DNA of 62,348 bases, counting the filler. It is 5 parts of 5 records of this genome, joined end to end, with 100 filler letters (N's around TTAATTAATTAA, not from the genome) between each part and the next. Parts side by side here need not be neighbours in the genome. Positions count along the whole stretch, not along the records: positions 33,883 to 47,838 come from SRR20825010_782; positions 47,939 to 57,161 come from SRR20825010_783; 3 more parts are not named here. The stretch is one strand, 5' to 3'. The position numbers and the translations under genes are program-made. Numbering within the stretch: the stretch's first letter is position 1; each line of letters opens with the position of its first letter. Positions 40,241 through 51,058 of the stretch are shown in pieces. The notes under the pieces are model-generated. The model did not search any database. It had not been told where the DNA came from and was given only the letters and a program-made list of their open reading frames with translations.

Positions 40241-41932
40241 ATGCGCCTCTATCTTTTTTTTATCACTTTTTTTATTGCATTGCACCTATCTGCCCAAAAA
40301 GAATATCCTCAGGATGTATTTGGTTCCCCTTTGGACATTCCCTTGGTTTTGGCCGGCACTTTTGGTGAACTACGCTCCAATCATTTCCATTCCGGCATGG
40401 ACATTAAGACGCAACAACGGGAAGGTCTTCCAGTATATGCCATCGCCGACGGTACGGTGACGCGTATCGTAGTTTCTCATTGGGGATATGGAAAAGCTCT
40501 TTATGTGGCCCACCCAAATGGCTACACTTCGGTGTATGCGCATCTTAAAAAGTTTGGGCCGGAAATAGAGGAATACGTTAAAAAAGTTCAATACGAAAAG
40601 CAGTCTTACGAGGTAGAAATGTTCCCTGATTATGGCGAACTCAAGGTGACCAATGGCAGTATAATCGCATATTCGGGCAATACGGGAGGGTCGGCCGGAC
40701 CCCACCTTCATTTTGAAATCCGCAGCAGCGTTAGCGGCAAACCTACCAATCCATTACTTTACGGTTATGAGGTCAGGGATGCTACCGACCCAACTTTATT
40801 GGGATTGTATGGTTACCCGATTTCAGACGGAGCATTGATAAACAAGAGTGCGGAAAAAATCCAATTGAATTATACGAGACAATCCGATGGTTCCTTTTTG
40901 GCGGACAAAGTAACGGCCAGCGGCACGATTGGATTTGGAATCAACACTTTTGACCGCTTGGACATGGCCGCCAATCAGAATGGAGTTTATGCTGTAAAAC
41001 AAACGGTGAATGGCCGGGTTTATTCTGAGTTTGATTTTGAAACCTTCTCCTTTGCCGAGACTCGATACATTAATACACTTATTGATTATGCCCATTATTA
41101 CGATCATAGACAGCGTATTCAAAAATGCTTTAAGGAACCGTACAACCACCTGAGCATTTACAAATCACTGTACAACGACGGTAAAATAAATGTTGAAGAG
41201 GGTATGTCTTACAACGTTGAACTGCTCATTTCGGATTTGGCAGGAAACATCACAAAACTTGTTATCCCGATTGAAGGCAAAAAAGAAGAGGAAAAAATAA
41301 CAAAAGAAGACAAAACCACGGAGAATTATTTGATTGCGGAGAAACCGAACAACTTTGACCTAGGTGCCGCTAAAGTATATTTCCCTGCCAGTACATTTTA
41401 TGAAGATTTCTTCATCAATTTGGAAAAAGGGAACGATACCATCACCATTCACGATAACAGCGTTGCCGCTCACCGGAACTTTACAATCAGTTTCGACCCT
41501 TCAAAATATGCAATGGAAGATAGGAACCAGATGTTTATTGCACATTTGGACAGTAGACTGAGACCATCCTATTCCAAAACTTACAAACGGGACGGTGCCT
41601 TTACCACACGCACCCGAACTTTGGGCACATACACCCTTGTTAGGGATAGCGTAGCCCCTCAAGTAAGACCGAAAAACTTTAAAGAAAAGCAATGGTTGAG
41701 CAATTACAACTACCTAAGCCTGACCATTACGGACGACCTCAGCGGCATTGATTCCTATTCCGCCACACTCAACGGAAAATGGATTTTGATGGAATACGAA
41801 CCAAAAACCAATACCATCACCTATAATTTTGATGATAAGATCGTCAACGAAACGGAATGTGAACTAAAAGTAACCGTTACGGACAATGTGGGCAACTCCA
41901 CTACATATACTGGCACTTTTTTCAGGAAATAG
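40241..41932 (+). CDS. M23 family metallopeptidase
   Basis: Signal peptide; HFHSGMD (HxxxD), SVYAHL, GPHLHFEIR (HxH). Confidence 0.92.
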   Translation: MRLYLFFITFFIALHLSAQKEYPQDVFGSPLDIPLVLAGTFGELRSNHFHSGMDIKTQQREGLPVYAIADGTVTRIVVSHWGYGKALYVAHPNGYTSVYAHLKKFGPEIEEYVKKVQYEKQSYEVEMFPDYGELKVTNGSIIAYSGNTGGSAGPHLHFEIRSSVSGKPTNPLLYGYEVRDATDPTLLGLYGYPISDGALINKSAEKIQLNYTRQSDGSFLADKVTASGTIGFGINTFDRLDMAANQNGVYAVKQTVNGRVYSEFDFETFSFAETRYINTLIDYAHYYDHRQRIQKCFKEPYNHLSIYKSLYNDGKINVEEGMSYNVELLISDLAGNITKLVIPIEGKKEEEKITKEDKTTENYLIAEKPNNFDLGAAKVYFPASTFYEDFFINLEKGNDTITIHDNSVAAHRNFTISFDPSKYAMEDRNQMFIAHLDSRLRPSYSKTYKRDGAFTTRTRTLGTYTLVRDSVAPQVRPKNFKEKQWLSNYNYLSLTITDDLSGIDSYSATLNGKWILMEYEPKTNTITYNFDDKIVNETECELKVTVTDNVGNSTTYTGTFFRK

Positions 41933-42055
41933 CATTACTTTTGCACACGAAAAGCAGGCTAGTCAAGTAAATGTCCTTTTTTAGAGCTCTAATAATCAAC
42001 CTATCCAAAAGCGACCTCATCCAAAGATCAAGATTGTTGAATTAAAATTTGATGA

Positions 42056-42703
42056 ATGAAAAAAATTGTCTTTGTTTTTGTTCTTTTCTCCAGTGTGCTA
42101 GCAATGGCCCAAAAGAACATTTATGAGAGCATAAGGTTTGATGAATATACCGAGGACCATGAAATTTTAGCGATCGTTCCCTTTATTGCCCACTTGGAAC
42201 TTAAAAAAGCCGTAGATAACAATGAGCTCAATGTACTGGCCGAAAAAGAAGGGTATGCGGTACAAAATGCTTTGGAAACTTATTTTTCCAAACGGAAAAA
42301 GCGCAAAAAGTTCAATGTGGATTTCCAGAACATTATGAATACCAACGCTATTTTGGCCCAAAACAACATCAACTACAACAACATTGACACCTATACCACA
42401 CAGGAATTATGCAAAATATTGGATGTGGACGGCATCATAAGTGGCAACCTTAATCTCAATATTTTACTTTCCGAAGGGGTCCCTACCGATTTCAGTATTT
42501 TGGATTATTTCAGCGGAAATGCCAACTACGGACGAATCGGGGTCAAGATAAGTGATGGTGATACGGGAAAGTTACTTTGGAAATATGAGAACGAAATTTC
42601 CAAAAAAACTGGAAAAAACACCAACGAGCTTATCGATAAAATGATGAAAACCGCTTCCAGAAAGTTTCCTTACGACAGGGAAAAAAGAAGAAACCGCAAT
42701 TAA
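42056..42703 (+). CDS. conserved hypothetical secreted protein
   Basis: Sec signal AMA-Q; LAIVPF, ELCKILDVDGIISG, GKLLWKY pattern. Confidence 0.7.
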   Translation: MKKIVFVFVLFSSVLAMAQKNIYESIRFDEYTEDHEILAIVPFIAHLELKKAVDNNELNVLAEKEGYAVQNALETYFSKRKKRKKFNVDFQNIMNTNAILAQNNINYNNIDTYTTQELCKILDVDGIISGNLNLNILLSEGVPTDFSILDYFSGNANYGRIGVKISDGDTGKLLWKYENEISKKTGKNTNELIDKMMKTASRKFPYDREKRRNRN

Positions 42704-43852
42704 TCAGCTATTGGCAAATTCTTTTAGGATCTCAACGGTGTAATCCAGTTCTTCCTTCGTGTTATACATGGAAAAAGAAAAGCGGAGACTGGGTTTATCC
42801 AACTCGGCACCTTCCAAAATCTCATTCAGCACGTGCGAACCTTGATTGCTTCCCGATTGGCATGCACTTCCTTTGGAACAGGCAATTCCTTTCATATCCA
42901 AGTGGAACAACAGCATTAATCCTTTCTGCTTATCAAAAGGCAATCGAATATTGGCCAAGGTATAGGTACTTTTTTCCAAATCTCCAGAAAGACCATTGCA
43001 CTGCGCACCAGGAACTTCCTTTAAGACCTTATCCACAAAATACTTTTTCAGCTCCTTTACGGCTGCTTTCTCTTCATCCAAATGCTCGTAAGCTTTCACA
43101 AACGCTTCTTCTAGACCAACAATATTATGGAACGGTTCTGTACCTGCACGGAACCCTCGTTCTTGGGAGCCCCCTACGATCAATGGCTTTAAACCCGAGT
43201 TTTTTCGGATAAAGGCAAAACCAACACCCTTAGGGCCATGGAATTTATGGGCAGCTGCCGTCATAAAATCAACATGAACCGCCTGCACATCCCACGAATA
43301 ATGACCAATCGATTGTACGGTATCCGAATGAAAAAGTGCATTATTGGCCTTGCAAAGCTCTCCTACAGCGTTGATATCAGTGATATTGCCGATTTCATTG
43401 TTCACATGCATCAAGCTGACCAACTTTTTGGTGTCATCCTTTTTGAGCAATTCTTCCAAATGCTCCATGTCCGGACTTCCGAATTCATCCAAATCCACGT
43501 ACGAAACATTGATACCATACTCCTTTTCCAGTTCCTCCACCGTGTGAAGCACTGCATGATGTTCAATTTTAGAAGTGATAATGGTCTGAACCCCCAAATC
43601 TCTTACGGCACATCGCAGGATCATGTTGTCCGCCTCGGTCCCGCCCGAAGTAAAAATGATTTCCGAAGGTTGGGCATTCAAGGTTTTCGCGATGGTTTTT
43701 CTTGCTTGCTCTACAGCGGTTTTTGCCGACCTACCAAAGCTATGGGTAGATGATGGGTTGCCATATTGCTGCGCAAGAGCTTCTTGCATCCGTTCAATTA
43801 CCTCTTTCCTTACCTGCGTGGTCGCAGCGTTGTCCAGATAGACTTTTTGCAT
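42704..43852 (-). CDS. cysteine desulfurase (IscS/NifS-like, aminotransferase class V)
   Basis: YLDNAATT, FTSGGTEA, AHKFHGPKG, SKGSACQSG. Confidence 0.94.
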   Translation of the reverse strand: MQKVYLDNAATTQVRKEVIERMQEALAQQYGNPSSTHSFGRSAKTAVEQARKTIAKTLNAQPSEIIFTSGGTEADNMILRCAVRDLGVQTIITSKIEHHAVLHTVEELEKEYGINVSYVDLDEFGSPDMEHLEELLKKDDTKKLVSLMHVNNEIGNITDINAVGELCKANNALFHSDTVQSIGHYSWDVQAVHVDFMTAAAHKFHGPKGVGFAFIRKNSGLKPLIVGGSQERGFRAGTEPFHNIVGLEEAFVKAYEHLDEEKAAVKELKKYFVDKVLKEVPGAQCNGLSGDLEKSTYTLANIRLPFDKQKGLMLLFHLDMKGIACSKGSACQSGSNQGSHVLNEILEGAELDKPSLRFSFSMYNTKEELDYTVEILKEFANS

Positions 43853-43962
43853 GATTCGGTTCACTTTTTAACAGGAGCAAAAGTACAGGAAATAAAGTTA
43901 ATTTCTTTTAAAGTGATGCTAAGGATTAGTGTTTTAAAATGGAATTGCTTTAAATTTGATGC

Positions 43963-44484
43963 ATGAGAAAATTTATCTTTTCAATTCTTGGTTGCATCAC
44001 AATCCTTTCCTGTAGCGATGGGGATCTTCAAATCGAGACCATTGACTTTGACAGTGCCTCTATACAATATTGTGTCAATCCTGTTGCTGACGCCAAAAAT
44101 TTGATGTTCAAAATAAATGATAGCGAAGCCCTCATATTAGAGCTTCAAAGTGGGGCCTTGAACCGCGGGGTTGCCGGAGATACGGTAATAACCGAAAGTA
44201 CGGTCCCAGGACAATCCCAAGTAACGTACAGAGTTTTCTCGGATGCTGTTAACAAGGATTATTTTTGTAGCGATATCCCCACGGTGGACCCTAAAGTAAT
44301 TGACGAAGTCGTTGCCGAAGGAGGCATGGTGATCATTGAGACTATGCCGATAGAAAACGATACCACACGTTTTGAACACAATATAAGTCTTAGCGGCATA
44401 TCTTTTGTCACCGGAAATGGGGAACGCATTACGAATTTGGCCATAAATGAATTTGGAGAGGTAGTCACCGTAGTACCGGACTAA
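43963..44484 (+). CDS. hypothetical lipoprotein
   Basis: Lipobox ILSC followed by acidic SDGD. Confidence 0.75.
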   Translation: MRKFIFSILGCITILSCSDGDLQIETIDFDSASIQYCVNPVADAKNLMFKINDSEALILELQSGALNRGVAGDTVITESTVPGQSQVTYRVFSDAVNKDYFCSDIPTVDPKVIDEVVAEGGMVIIETMPIENDTTRFEHNISLSGISFVTGNGERITNLAINEFGEVVTVVPD

Positions 44485-45023
44485 GTGTTTTGGTAAATAT
44501 AGACCTCGGTAGCCCCCAAACCATATTTTTGATAATCAGCATCGTAAAACTTCACATTTTCGTACCGATTGAAGAGATAGTGCAGTTCCTCTTTTAAAAC
44601 ACCTTCTCCCACACCGTGGATAAACACCACCTTTTGAATTCGCCTGTTAATGGCAAAATCCAATTGTCTTTTGGCGGTATCCAATTGAATGTTGAGCATA
44701 TCGTAGTTACTCATTCCCTTGCTTGACTTCACCAGTTGATGGATGTGTAGGTCAACTTCCATTTTTGGGGCACTCCTTTCTTTGGGCTTAATTACAGGAG
44801 CTTTTCTCCTTTTGGGGATTTCTTTTTCCTTTTTGATTTTGGCCACTTCATGATTGGAAACCGATATATCGCCACCAATCTTAACAAGATCACTACTGGC
44901 AAAATGCATGGGAAAACCATCGTCGGTAATCAATGTCACCCGATTGCCATCAACTTTTTGAATGATACCCGAAATGGCCTCATCCAACACCTCTGCCCTA
45001 TCACCTATCGAAAATTTACCCAT
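44481..45023 (-). CDS. Smr domain protein
   Basis: EVDLHIH, VFIHGVGEGVLK, YGLGATEV. Confidence 0.9.
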   Translation of the reverse strand: MGKFSIGDRAEVLDEAISGIIQKVDGNRVTLITDDGFPMHFASSDLVKIGGDISVSNHEVAKIKKEKEIPKRRKAPVIKPKERSAPKMEVDLHIHQLVKSSKGMSNYDMLNIQLDTAKRQLDFAINRRIQKVVFIHGVGEGVLKEELHYLFNRYENVKFYDADYQKYGLGATEVYIYQNT

Positions 45024-45102
45024 ACTTAATTTCTAACTACAAAAATGGTCCAAAAATTAAACTTGAATACAAAAATAATAGTATTTTCGGGCTCTACAGA
45101 CA

Positions 45103-45423
45103 ATGATGTACCTAACACCGACCATAATCGCCTTTAATCTTGAAGATTATATGCTCCCTTGCCTGAACAAGCATCTCACGGGCATAGATTGCCCTGGATG
45201 TGGCCTGCAACGTTCGGTCAACCTCTTACTGCATGGAGAATTCATAGCTGCTTTTCAAATGTACCCTGCCATTTATCCAATATTGGTATTATTGGCTTTT
45301 CTGGTCACCAGTAGTTTTGTTAAGTTTCAACGTTCAAATCAGATTAAAATGATTTTAACATTGCTTACCGTAGGTACCGTTATAATAAGTTACATACTAA
45401 AAATGAATAACCTCTTTAATTAA
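45103..45423 (+). CDS. DUF2752 family membrane protein
   Basis: C..K.LTGIDCPGCGLQRS motif then two TMs; start uncertain. Confidence 0.85.
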   Translation: MMYLTPTIIAFNLEDYMLPCLNKHLTGIDCPGCGLQRSVNLLLHGEFIAAFQMYPAIYPILVLLAFLVTSSFVKFQRSNQIKMILTLLTVGTVIISYILKMNNLFN

Positions 45424-45435
45424 AAATTTGAAATT

Positions 45436-45762
45436 ATGGAACAACAAAAACTTCCAAACGCGACCTTGATATTGGTCTTCGGAATTATTTCTATAGTAAC
45501 CTGCTGTTGCTATGGTATAATTGGACTTATTTTTGGTGTAATCGGTTTAATCTTGGCCAACAAGGCTCTAAAACTATACGCTGAAAACCCAGAAATGTAC
45601 GAAGGAGTACAAAATGTAAAAACGGGTAGGATACTTGCCATTATCGGTGTCATACTCAACGTATTGGCTCTTGCCTACTTTATTTGGGCCCTTTCTTTCT
45701 TTGGATGGGAAACCCTACAGGATCCGCAGAGAATGCAAGAAATTCTTGAACAATATCAATAA
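45436..45762 (+). CDS. CCC-motif membrane protein
   Basis: LPNATLILVFGIISIVTCCCYG...NVKTGRILAIIG. Confidence 0.85.
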   Translation: MEQQKLPNATLILVFGIISIVTCCCYGIIGLIFGVIGLILANKALKLYAENPEMYEGVQNVKTGRILAIIGVILNVLALAYFIWALSFFGWETLQDPQRMQEILEQYQ

Positions 45763-45771
45763 TATAATCTT

Positions 45772-46083
45772 ATGAACCAACAACCCCTACCTGGGGCAAG
45801 CACTGTGTTGACAATGGGGATACTCTCCATTGTCCTCACTTTGGTATGCTGCGGGCCATTTGGTGCCATTTTTAGCATCATTGGATTGGTAAAAGCTAAG
45901 ACCGCGAACCAATTGTACGAACAAAGCCCAGAGAATTATACGGATTACAGCAATGTAAAAACAGGCAAAATCCTCTCTTATGTAGGATTGGCTTTGGCGC
46001 TTGTTTCTTTGGTATTCGTAATCCTTTATTTTGGATTGATCGTAGCGGCAATAACTACAGGTGAGTTGAGTGGCGAATTTTAA
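45772..46083 (+). CDS. CC-motif membrane protein, paralogue of the preceding gene
   Basis: LPGASTVLTMGILSIVLTLVCCG...NVKTGKILSYVG. Confidence 0.85.
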   Translation: MNQQPLPGASTVLTMGILSIVLTLVCCGPFGAIFSIIGLVKAKTANQLYEQSPENYTDYSNVKTGKILSYVGLALALVSLVFVILYFGLIVAAITTGELSGEF

Positions 46084-47838
46084 TTCGCCACTTCACTTAT
46101 AAATTTAAGGCGGTACAATCGGAGTTCTTCATCTTCGTAATCGCCATCAAATTCATCAACGGCAGCGGATATGGAATCGGTGTCGGCCTCCAAAAAGTAA
46201 TCGTGTATTTCTTCTTGTTGGTCCTCATCCAGTATTTCATCTATCCAGTAACCAATGTTCAACTTGGTTCCACTGAAAACAATCTGCTCCATTTCCTTGA
46301 TAAGTTCCGGTAATTCCAATCCTTTGGCAGAAGCAATATCATCCAAGGGCAACTTTCTATCCACACTTTGGATCACGTAAAGTTTTAAAGCGGAATTGGC
46401 TCCTGTACTTTTTACTACAAGGTCATCCGGCCGTACTATGTCGTTCTCATCCACGTATTTAGAAATCAGCTCCACGAAGGCCTTTCCATATTTTTTTGCT
46501 TTTCCTTCCCCAACTCCTTGAATATTCAGAAGCTCGTTCATGGTCACTGGATACTTTAAGGACATATCTTCCAATGATGGGTCTTGAAAAACCACAAATG
46601 GCGGCACTTCATGTTTTTGCGCCTCTCGTTTGCGAAGGTCACGAAGCAATTTCAATAAATGTTCGTCCGCAACCGCTCCATTCGATTTTTCGGCGGTGAC
46701 AATGTTTCCGGTATCGTCCTTGGAGTACACATGGTCCTTTGTCATCATAAATGACTCTGGGTTCTCGAGGTATTCCTTACCTGATTCGGTAAGGTTCAAA
46801 ATACCATATCGTTCAATTTCTTTTTTTAGGAGTCCGGCCACCAAAACCTGCCTGGTCAACGCCATCCAAAATTCTTTGTCCTTATCCTTACCTATTCCAA
46901 AAAAACTTTTCTCATCGGTCTTATGCGAAGAAATCATGGCATTGGTCTTGCCGACCAGCACCCTTACAATCTCCTTGGTCTTGAACTTTTCCTTGGTATC
47001 CCTTACCACACTCAGAAGTTTCACCACATCTTCCTGGGCTTCTTCTTTGGGCTTGGGGTTTCTAGAATTGTCGTCCATATCAGCTCCTTCTCCGTTCTCT
47101 TCGTCAAAATCCTCACCGAAATAATGTAGTATAAATTTTCTACGGGAAATGGACGTTTCGGCATAGGCTACTATTTCCTGTAAAAGTGCATTTCCAATCT
47201 CTTGCTCCGCAACGGGCTTACCTGACATGAATTTTTCCAACTTTTCCACATCCTTGTATGCGTAATAGGCCAAACAATGCCCTTCTCCGCCGTCTCGCCC
47301 TGCTCGACCGGTTTCTTGATAATAGCTTTCAATACTTTTTGGAATATCGTGATGAATGACAAAACGGACATCGGGTTTGTCTATCCCCATACCAAAAGCA
47401 ATGGTGGCCACCACCACATCTACCTCCTCCATCAAGAACATATCCTGATATTTGGAGCGGGTCTTCGCATCAAAACCTGCATGATAAGGAACGGCACTCA
47501 CTCCATTTACTTGGAGCACTTGGGCCAATTCTTCCACTCTTTTGCGGCTCAAGCAATATATGATTCCAGATTTCCCCTGGTTCTGTTTAACAAAACGGAT
47601 GATATCCGCATCCACATCTTTGGTTTTCGGACGCACCTCATAAAACAAATTGGGCCTATTGAACGATGCCTTGAACACCTTGGCGTCCGTCATGCCCAAG
47701 TTTTTGATGATGTCTTCCTGTACTTTTGGAGTAGCCGTTGCCGTAAGGCCTATTATGGGGATATTGTCCCCCAAACGATTGATAATGCCGCGAAGGTTTC
47801 GGTATTCGGGCCTAAAATCGTGCCCCCATTCCGAAATA
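46080..47838 (-). CDS. recQ: ATP-dependent DNA helicase RecQ (5' truncated)
   Basis: ISEWGHDFRPEY at the contig edge, LTATAT, VATIAFGMGIDKPDVR, YYQETGRAGRDG, RQC and HRDC-like regions. Confidence 0.95.
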
Positions 47839-47938
47839 NNNNNNNNNNNNNNNNNNNNNNNNNNNNNNNNNNNNNNNNNNNNTTAATTAATTAANNNNNN
47901 NNNNNNNNNNNNNNNNNNNNNNNNNNNNNNNNNNNNNN
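47839..47938. other. artificial contig spacer
   Basis: 44 N + TTAATTAATTAA + 44 N. Confidence 0.99.
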
Positions 47939-48044
47939 AATAAAACCCTCAATGAGGGATTTAAAAAATTAACAGCTTCCTACGCAACCTTTCTTACATT
48001 CTTGCTTCTTATAAATATAAAAAACTTAAAAGCATATATTTTAA

Positions 48045-48587
48045 ATGAAAACAAGAAAACTAATTGCAGCTTCTTTAGTTGTAGCACTTACAGGATTATT
48101 TATTAGCTGTTCTGACGACGACACAACTAGCTGTGTACCAGATTATACAGGAGCACTTTCTGAACAAGAATCAGGATTTGCTGGAACTTGGAAGCTTACA
48201 GCAATTGAATCTAGTAAGGAACTTGATTTAACAGATGATGACGAAGACAATCCAACTACCGATATTTTTATACAACAAACAGATTGTCAAAACGACATCT
48301 CATACACATACGGAACCGATAGAAGCTATATTTATGAAGTAGGGGAAAATGCCGAAGATTGTACCAATGCAAGGTCTGGAACTGGTACCTGGAAATTAGG
48401 TGGAAACTCTTTAGGTGTTATTTCTGCTTGTTATGAAGATATTCAGAACTTAGAATTTAATACTGAAAGAAATGAATACAAAATTCAAAACACAGGAACT
48501 GGTACTGATGTAAACGGGAAATCTTTCCAAATAATTGTTACTTACACTTTTACAAAAGAACTGGCAGATGTAGAGCCTGCTGACTAA
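48045..48587 (+). CDS. lipocalin-like lipoprotein
   Basis: Lipobox FISC-SDDD; GTWKL motif twice; four further Cys. Confidence 0.75.
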   Translation: MKTRKLIAASLVVALTGLFISCSDDDTTSCVPDYTGALSEQESGFAGTWKLTAIESSKELDLTDDDEDNPTTDIFIQQTDCQNDISYTYGTDRSYIYEVGENAEDCTNARSGTGTWKLGGNSLGVISACYEDIQNLEFNTERNEYKIQNTGTGTDVNGKSFQIIVTYTFTKELADVEPAD

Positions 48588-48604
48588 AAATAAAGTTTTA
48601 GGTT

Positions 48605-48647
48605 AAAAAGCTGATATATTAATGAAAGTTAATTATCAGCTTTTTTT
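48605..48647 (+). terminator. intrinsic terminator
   Basis: AAAAAGCTGATA...TATCAGCTTTTTTT. Confidence 0.75.
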
Positions 48648-48716
48648 ATGAAAAATCTTAACTACCTTGTAGGGGAAATAATAATTATATATTTTTATCT
48701 ATCAAAAATCAACCTG

Positions 48717-49532
48717 ATGAAAAAAATATTAATCCTTTCTAGTTTACTTATCACTTTCTTACTTTTTCCGAATAAAATCCATGCACAATTTTGGAAAAAA
48801 ATCCAAGACAAGGTAGAAAAAAAGGCAGAAGATGTTACAGATGATATTTTAAATGGAAGTGATAAAAGCACACAAGAAGAAGCGGGAAAAAAGGATGAAA
48901 TTCCTTACGTAGAAAAAACCTTTTCTTATGTTCCTGGAAAAAACACCTACTTTGAGGATGAGTTTGAAAATGATGATTTCGGAGCTATGCCTACTTATTG
49001 GAAAACAAATGGCGTGGGTTCTATAGTTGAAATTTCTGGAATCCCAGGGAAATGGTTAGAGTTAGGACAAAGATCAAGTTTTAAGCTGGATACATTACTG
49101 TCAATGCCAGAGAATTTCACCCTTGAATTTGATATCCTAACCCGAAGTGATAAAGCAGAAGACTTAGGGGCTATGAATTTTGGATTCAGCAAAGACAACA
49201 GTGTCCGTTCTTGGATTTCTGATGCCTATAACGACAACTCCATTACCTCTACTGAACTACATTTCTGGAATAAAGATGTGACTCACAGTAGCAGTGCTAC
49301 AGACAACAGAAGCACCTTAGATTTTCCACTAGATGCATACGGAAATACCGTTATACATATCTCTATTGCAGTAAATAATGAGCAAATGAGACTGTACTTA
49401 GACAAGTCAAAATTACTAGATGCGAAAATGTTTTTAAACAATCCGAATAAGTATTTTTATATCAGTGCTCCAATATCTTACGACCATGGTGCACAAATTT
49501 ATATTGGAAACATAAAAATTGCTAAAAACTAA
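48717..49532 (+). CDS. hypothetical secreted beta-rich protein
   Basis: Sec signal IHA-Q, QFWKKIQDKVEKK, YVPGK..FED.F..D..G..P..W.TNG, PENFTLEFD. Confidence 0.7.
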   Translation: MKKILILSSLLITFLLFPNKIHAQFWKKIQDKVEKKAEDVTDDILNGSDKSTQEEAGKKDEIPYVEKTFSYVPGKNTYFEDEFENDDFGAMPTYWKTNGVGSIVEISGIPGKWLELGQRSSFKLDTLLSMPENFTLEFDILTRSDKAEDLGAMNFGFSKDNSVRSWISDAYNDNSITSTELHFWNKDVTHSSSATDNRSTLDFPLDAYGNTVIHISIAVNNEQMRLYLDKSKLLDAKMFLNNPNKYFYISAPISYDHGAQIYIGNIKIAKN

Positions 49533-50476
49533 GCCTTTATAGAAAGCATTACTTCTTGGTTCTCATGGAGATTAGAGTTGTGATTAAAAAAAATTAGTTT
49601 TCTATTTCTAACACTTTCAATTAAATAATGAGTTCCTTGAAAGTAGCTTTTTTTCACTTTAACTTTTAAAGACGAAGAGGAAACTACTTCCAATTGATGT
49701 GGGTATAACAATACTTTTTTAGTTGAAGAATTATCAGGATACAATAAGCTCTTAGGCAATTCATTTACCTCCCCAAAAAGTGAAGCTACGTATTTATTTT
49801 TTGGCGTTTCAAATAGTGTTTTAGGATTATCAAAAGCTATTGCCTTCCCCTCTTTTAAAACCATTGTTATATCTGCATAAGCGAGACTGTCCGTATTGTC
49901 GTGCGTTGCAGTAATACATGCAATATTTTCTTGTTTTAAATAGCTAAAAATATCGCGTCTTAAAGCATTTTTTTTAAAGTTATCAATATTACTAAAAGGC
50001 TCGTCCAGTAAAAGTAATTCTGGCTCTCTTGCCAAAGCTTTTGCTAAAGCTACTCTTTGTTGTTGTCCACCACTTAATTCGGTTGGTTTAATTTTGGCAT
50101 AGGCTGTCATTCCTACAAGCTCAAGCAATTCTGCAACTCTTTTTTTCTTTTTTCGAGGATAAAAATTAGATAGGAATTTTCCGATATTTTCTTCTACCGT
50201 AATAAAAGGCATTAAATCGTAATCCTGAGCAACATATTTTATAAAAGGTTCCCCAGGAACTATGTTATAATTTGGTCCAAGCATGGATTTTTTATCCCAA
50301 AAAAGTTTTCCTTTTTTTAAATCGTATAATCCATAAATAATTTTTAAAAGGGTACTTTTTCCTGAACCACTTTCTCCAATTATAGAGAGGTGTTCTCCTT
50401 TATCTAAATCAAAATTAATATTTTTTAAAATAGGGGCTTCCTCATATTCAAAAGAGACCTTTTTTACTTCGAGCAT
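49529..50476 (-). CDS. ABC transporter ATP-binding protein
   Basis: GESGSGKST, LSGGQQQR, LLLLDEPF. Confidence 0.94.
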   Translation of the reverse strand: MLEVKKVSFEYEEAPILKNINFDLDKGEHLSIIGESGSGKSTLLKIIYGLYDLKKGKLFWDKKSMLGPNYNIVPGEPFIKYVAQDYDLMPFITVEENIGKFLSNFYPRKKKKRVAELLELVGMTAYAKIKPTELSGGQQQRVALAKALAREPELLLLDEPFSNIDNFKKNALRRDIFSYLKQENIACITATHDNTDSLAYADITMVLKEGKAIAFDNPKTLFETPKNKYVASLFGEVNELPKSLLYPDNSSTKKVLLYPHQLEVVSSSSLKVKVKKSYFQGTHYLIESVRNRKLIFFNHNSNLHENQEVMLSIKA

Positions 50477-50614
50477 GCTAATTAGGTTTTAGCAAATATA
50501 AGAAGTTGAAATAGTATCGAGATGACAACTCATATAATTATTAAAGAAATAAAAAGTAATAAAATAGATTTTAGCTCTGCTACAAATTAATACTTTTGCA
50601 AAAACAATTAATAG

Positions 50615-51058
50615 ATGCTTTCTATAGAAGTAAAATCATTTTTAGCAATTACTAAAGAAGAATTATACGAAATGCTTCAATTACGGAGTGAAGTATTTGT
50701 TGTAGAGCAAGATTGCGTATATCAAGATATTGATTACAAAGACCAAAAAGCCTTACATGTTTTAGGGAAAAAAGAAGGAAAACTGGTTGCTTATACCCGT
50801 ATTTTCAACTCTGGAGATTACTTTGACAACCCAAGTATAGGAAGAGTTGTTGTTAAAATGGAGGAACGTAAGTTTGGTTATGGTCATACTATTATGAAAG
50901 CTTCTATCGAAGCTATTTATGAACGTTTTGAAAAACAAGACATAGAAATTTCCGCCCAATGCTATTTAAGAAAATTCTACAATTCGCATGGGTTTACTCA
51001 AACAAGTGAAGAATATTTAGAGGATGGGATTCCACATATAAAAATGATTAAGAATTAA
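50615..51058 (+). CDS. ElaA-like GNAT acetyltransferase
   Basis: LRSEVFVVEQDCVYQDID, IGRVVV, YLEDGIPHIKM. Confidence 0.92.
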   Translation: MLSIEVKSFLAITKEELYEMLQLRSEVFVVEQDCVYQDIDYKDQKALHVLGKKEGKLVAYTRIFNSGDYFDNPSIGRVVVKMEERKFGYGHTIMKASIEAIYERFEKQDIEISAQCYLRKFYNSHGFTQTSEEYLEDGIPHIKMIKN

